A stretch of DNA of 38,574 nucleotides from a virus (taxonomy: Duplodnaviria; Caudoviricetes): IMG/VR virus record IMGVR_UViG_3300020432_000018, positions 1 through 38,574 of that record; one strand, written 5' to 3'. The notes beneath the pieces are model-generated. The model ran no database searches. It was not told where the DNA came from and was given only the letters and a program-made list of their open reading frames with translations. Shown here piece by piece: positions 36,080 through 38,574 of this stretch (positions are counted from its first letter, which is position 1; each line of letters opens with the position of its first letter). A program made the position numbers and the translations under genes.

Positions 36080-36129
36080 TTTTGATTTATAATTATAATA
36101 TATAATAATAGAAATACTTTTTGTATTAA

Positions 36130-37023
36130 ATGTCAAAACTAAAAGTTGATGAAATAGAAAGTAATAGTGCAGGTGTAAAGCTGGCTGGAAAAGGAACTGG
36201 CTTAGTTAAAGTTAAAGGTGCTGGTGGTGCGGACGGCACTTTACAATTGTCAAACGGTTCTAATGGAGTAAAACTAAAATCTCCTCCACATAGTTCAGCG
36301 CAGTCATATACTATGATTTTGCCTGACAATAACATCGTTCAAGATTCTTTTTTAAAAGTAAAAAGTGTATCTGGTAGTGGTGCTAGTGCTATTGGTCAAT
36401 TAGAATATGCAACGCAAACTGAGCCAGATTTAACAAATTTAAATGCTTCTAATTTCACAACTGGAACAATATCAACTGCACGACTTGATACAAGTAGTAT
36501 GTTCACAGCATCTAATGGTTTTGGGTTAAAGCTTATATCTAAATCAACTGTTTCAGCTGATAATACTATTAGTGAAATATCTTTTACTAATTTAGATGCA
36601 GATAGTATGTATTGGTTATTAGGTAAAAATATAAAAGTTAGTAGTGCTGATAATAATAATTTAAAAATAAATTATTTAGATAGTAGTAATAGTAGTACAA
36701 GTGCTTACGGCTTAGAATATAGAGATCAACCTTCTTCTGGAAATTATACTACCGCACTAAGTAATAGTAGTGGTTATAACTATAATTTGGCTGGTTATTA
36801 CCAAGGGCAAAAACATGGATTTTTAGGAGAATTTTCAACTAATCAATATGGATATAGCTTTTTTGAAACTATGAGTTATAGTACAAATGAGTCAAGTGTC
36901 GTTAATCGCTTTAAAAGTTATGCACAAATAGGAAGTGTACGAGGTATAACAGTAAAACCTAATTCAAGTTCCTATTATTTGCAATCTGGCACTGAAATTT
37001 TACTTTATAAAATGGAGACATAG
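36130..37023 (+). CDS. Distal tail fibre / receptor-binding paralog 3
   Basis: Same architecture (MSKLKVDEIE...ILLYK). Confidence 0.75.
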   Translation: MSKLKVDEIESNSAGVKLAGKGTGLVKVKGAGGADGTLQLSNGSNGVKLKSPPHSSAQSYTMILPDNNIVQDSFLKVKSVSGSGASAIGQLEYATQTEPDLTNLNASNFTTGTISTARLDTSSMFTASNGFGLKLISKSTVSADNTISEISFTNLDADSMYWLLGKNIKVSSADNNNLKINYLDSSNSSTSAYGLEYRDQPSSGNYTTALSNSSGYNYNLAGYYQGQKHGFLGEFSTNQYGYSFFETMSYSTNESSVVNRFKSYAQIGSVRGITVKPNSSSYYLQSGTEILLYKMET

Positions 37024-37025
37024 AC

Positions 37026-37295
37026 ATGTACAAAATGTTAAACGGTGAAACAATAAAAATGACAGATGAAGAGATTGCTGCTATACAAGCATCTCAACCA
37101 ACTGCTGAAGAGATCACTGCTAGAAAATGGGAATCGATAAGGGCAGAAAGAAATTCTTTATTACAAGCTACAGATTGGAGAGCTAGTAGTGACCTTACTT
37201 TATCTGATGCTTGGAAAAATTATAGACAAGCTTTAAGAGATGTCCCAACACAGTCTGATCCAGACAATATTACTTGGCCTACAAAACCTAGCTAA
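37026..37295 (+). CDS. Tail fibre assembly chaperone
   Basis: WESIRAERNSLLQATDW...WKNYRQALRDVP...ITWPTKP signature. Confidence 0.88.
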   Translation: MYKMLNGETIKMTDEEIAAIQASQPTAEEITARKWESIRAERNSLLQATDWRASSDLTLSDAWKNYRQALRDVPTQSDPDNITWPTKPS

Positions 37296-37339
37296 AAATA
37301 TAAGCTATTGTTACAGTATAAAAAACGTAGTATTTTTCA

Positions 37340-37510
37340 ATGGCTCGTAAAACAACACAAGAATTACAGGAAGAACTTGCAACATTACAAAAAAATTACG
37401 AAGAAGCTGTACAAGTTCAAAAAAATATAAAGGAGAGATTTGTTGCTATCAATGCAATTTTAGCCGATAGAGCGGAGGCAGAAACTGAAAAAAAGTCTAT
37501 TGCGAAATAA
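37340..37510 (+). CDS. Small coiled-coil protein (56 aa; not in track)
   Basis: MARKTTQELQEELATLQKNYEEAVQVQKNIKERFVAINAILADRAEAETEKKSIAK. Confidence 0.75.
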   Translation: MARKTTQELQEELATLQKNYEEAVQVQKNIKERFVAINAILADRAEAETEKKSIAK

Positions 37511-37623
37511 TAGAAAAGGAGTGTAAATTTTGCGGTAAAGTGTTTGCCACAACAGAACAACGAAGAAAGTATTGTTCAAATGCTTGTAAAACAAGGTTTT
37601 ATCGTAGAAAGCTGGCTACTTAG
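37489..37623 (+). CDS. Zinc-finger reading frame with no upstream start codon (candidate -1 frameshift extension)
   Basis: KKVYCEIIEKECKFCGKVFATTEQRRKYCSNACKTRFYRRKLAT*. Bounded 5' by TGA at 37486; CxxC...YCSxxC motif. Confidence 0.65.
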   Translation, partial: KKVYCEIIEKECKFCGKVFATTEQRRKYCSNACKTRFYRRKLAT

Positions 37624-37747
37624 TTTCGGTGGTCATTTGCCTTGTCATTAAACTCATAGTGACGTATAAAGGTGACAGAGCTACAATTAGTAGTAACACA
37701 AGCACACTTGTAAACGAAAGTGCTTTAATTATTGCAAATTTAATCAT
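37616..37747 (-). CDS. Single-TM micro-protein (43 aa; not in track)
   Basis: MIKFAIIKALSFTSVLVLLLIVALSPLYVTMSLMTRQMTTETK. Identical protein over the part present at 1-110. Confidence 0.6.
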   Translation of the reverse strand: MIKFAIIKALSFTSVLVLLLIVALSPLYVTMSLMTRQMTTETK

Positions 37748-37985
37748 GTTTCAAAAGATCGCTAATGTTTTAAGTATTGTCTCTTTCCTTATGGTAGCCT
37801 CCATGAGCGGTGGAGCGTACTTCGGTTACAAGTATGTAACGAGTGAAAATTTTAAATCCCAGGTAATGAAAGAGATCATGGGAAACGTATCTGGACTTAT
37901 GCCGAAGGTATTAGATAAAGGTTTACCTGATATGACAGGTCCATCTGTGCCAACAACTAAAATTCCAAGTATTCCTAAATTATAA
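37746..37985 (+). CDS. Allele of 109-339 (79 aa)
   Basis: Near-identical protein with a 3-aa longer C-terminus. Confidence 0.75.
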   Translation: MFQKIANVLSIVSFLMVASMSGGAYFGYKYVTSENFKSQVMKEIMGNVSGLMPKVLDKGLPDMTGPSVPTTKIPSIPKL

Positions 37986-37991
37986 AATTAT

Positions 37992-38537
37992 ATGAATAAT
38001 AATATTATTTTTAAAGGAGTGGTAGTAGGACTTGGAACAGCTTTTGTATCTTCTCAGTTTTATGCAATTAATCTATTAGCTACAAAACCTAACTTACCTA
38101 TGTTTGATTTACCTGTCAGCAAGTATTCTACTTACGAAATTGAAGCTGATAAAAATAGTTATAAGATAAAACATCGTATGCACGATCCAAAAATTATTGC
38201 TTCTCTTGAAAGCAGCAAAAAGCCAGCAGGGTTCTTAGGTGCTAGTAAAGCTTTATCTACTAAAGAAACACAAAGAATAGCTGGTGAAAAAGATGTAACA
38301 ATTATTAACAATGATGAACTTACAGCAAAGCAAATAGCTTGTATTGAAGAACGTAGTAAAGGTGCGGCAACTGGTGAATTAATTGGTACATCAGTGGCTA
38401 CTGGTACAGGGCTTGCAACCTCGTTATCTAATGTTCCTATAGTTGGTTGGTTTTTATCTGGCTTTGCTACAAATCAAGCAAGGAGAGAAGGTGGTAAGAT
38501 CGGGGCAGATATGGCATCTGACTTTAACGACTGTTAA
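37992..38537 (+). CDS. Allele of 346-891
   Basis: Same length (181 aa), mostly conservative substitutions. Confidence 0.75.
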   Translation: MNNNIIFKGVVVGLGTAFVSSQFYAINLLATKPNLPMFDLPVSKYSTYEIEADKNSYKIKHRMHDPKIIASLESSKKPAGFLGASKALSTKETQRIAGEKDVTIINNDELTAKQIACIEERSKGAATGELIGTSVATGTGLATSLSNVPIVGWFLSGFATNQARREGGKIGADMASDFNDC

Positions 38538-38574
38538 TGCCTACGATTAAAATACCTGAGATAAAAATACCAAA
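38537..38574 (+). CDS. Truncated start of the allele of 891-1544
   Basis: MPTIKIPEIKIP, cut by the window end. Confidence 0.7.
   Translation, partial: MPTIKIPEIKIP

Larger units (their letters stand above)
37638..38574. repeat. Diverged direct repeat, copy 2 (matches 1-928)
   Basis: See copy 1. Confidence 0.95.

Noticed and set aside
1190-36335. Short opposite-strand ORFs inside long genes (e.g. 1190, 1939, 2907, 3768, 4798, 7706, 9859-10828, 13557, 14465, 16556, 18956, 27533, 28333, 34441, 36126)
   Set aside because: They are nested antisense to well-supported genes and show no motifs.
34163-37023. Diversity-generating retroelement or shufflon acting on the tip paralogs
   Set aside because: No reverse transcriptase, no adenine-specific TR/VR pair, all genes co-oriented with their own starts, and no inverted crossover sites seen.
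37638-38574. Interpreting the end repeat as the phage terminal repeat
   Set aside because: The copies are not identical and lie in coding sequence; T7-like termini are expected in the 6044-6510 gap.

Overview
The window is an essentially complete, circularly permuted genome (unit length about 37.6 kb, AT-rich) of a T7-like marine podovirus (Autographiviridae-type), most plausibly a Prochlorococcus/Synechococcus cyanopodovirus (host is inferred, not shown). The natural genome ends probably lie in the non-coding gap at 6044-6510. Gene order from there: small early genes (acidic first protein, NrdR-like Zn ribbon), tyrosine integrase, single-subunit RNA polymerase, SSB, endonuclease I, primase-helicase, exonuclease, portal, scaffold, basic micro-proteins, major capsid, tail tubes A/B, internal virion proteins, tail fibre with three paralogous tip-like genes and a chaperone, a bidirectional cluster of membrane/secreted proteins, then small and large terminase. 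I see no DNA polymerase, ribonucleotide reductase, photosynthesis genes or recognisable endolysin. Most notable: (1) a cluster of about 9 exported/membrane protein genes where T7 keeps its lysis genes; (2) an unannotated SD-stimulated A_AAA_AAG -1 frameshift candidate that would fuse a coiled coil to a zinc finger; (3) a modular tail-fibre system with a duplicated adaptor and three tip paralogs; (4) a three-hairpin non-coding element with a repeated loop motif; (5) basic micro-proteins sharing an R-x-S-L-[KR]-I motif. The two window ends are a diverged ~930-bp repeat, probably two strain haplotypes joined in assembly. All calls are by eye, with no database searches.
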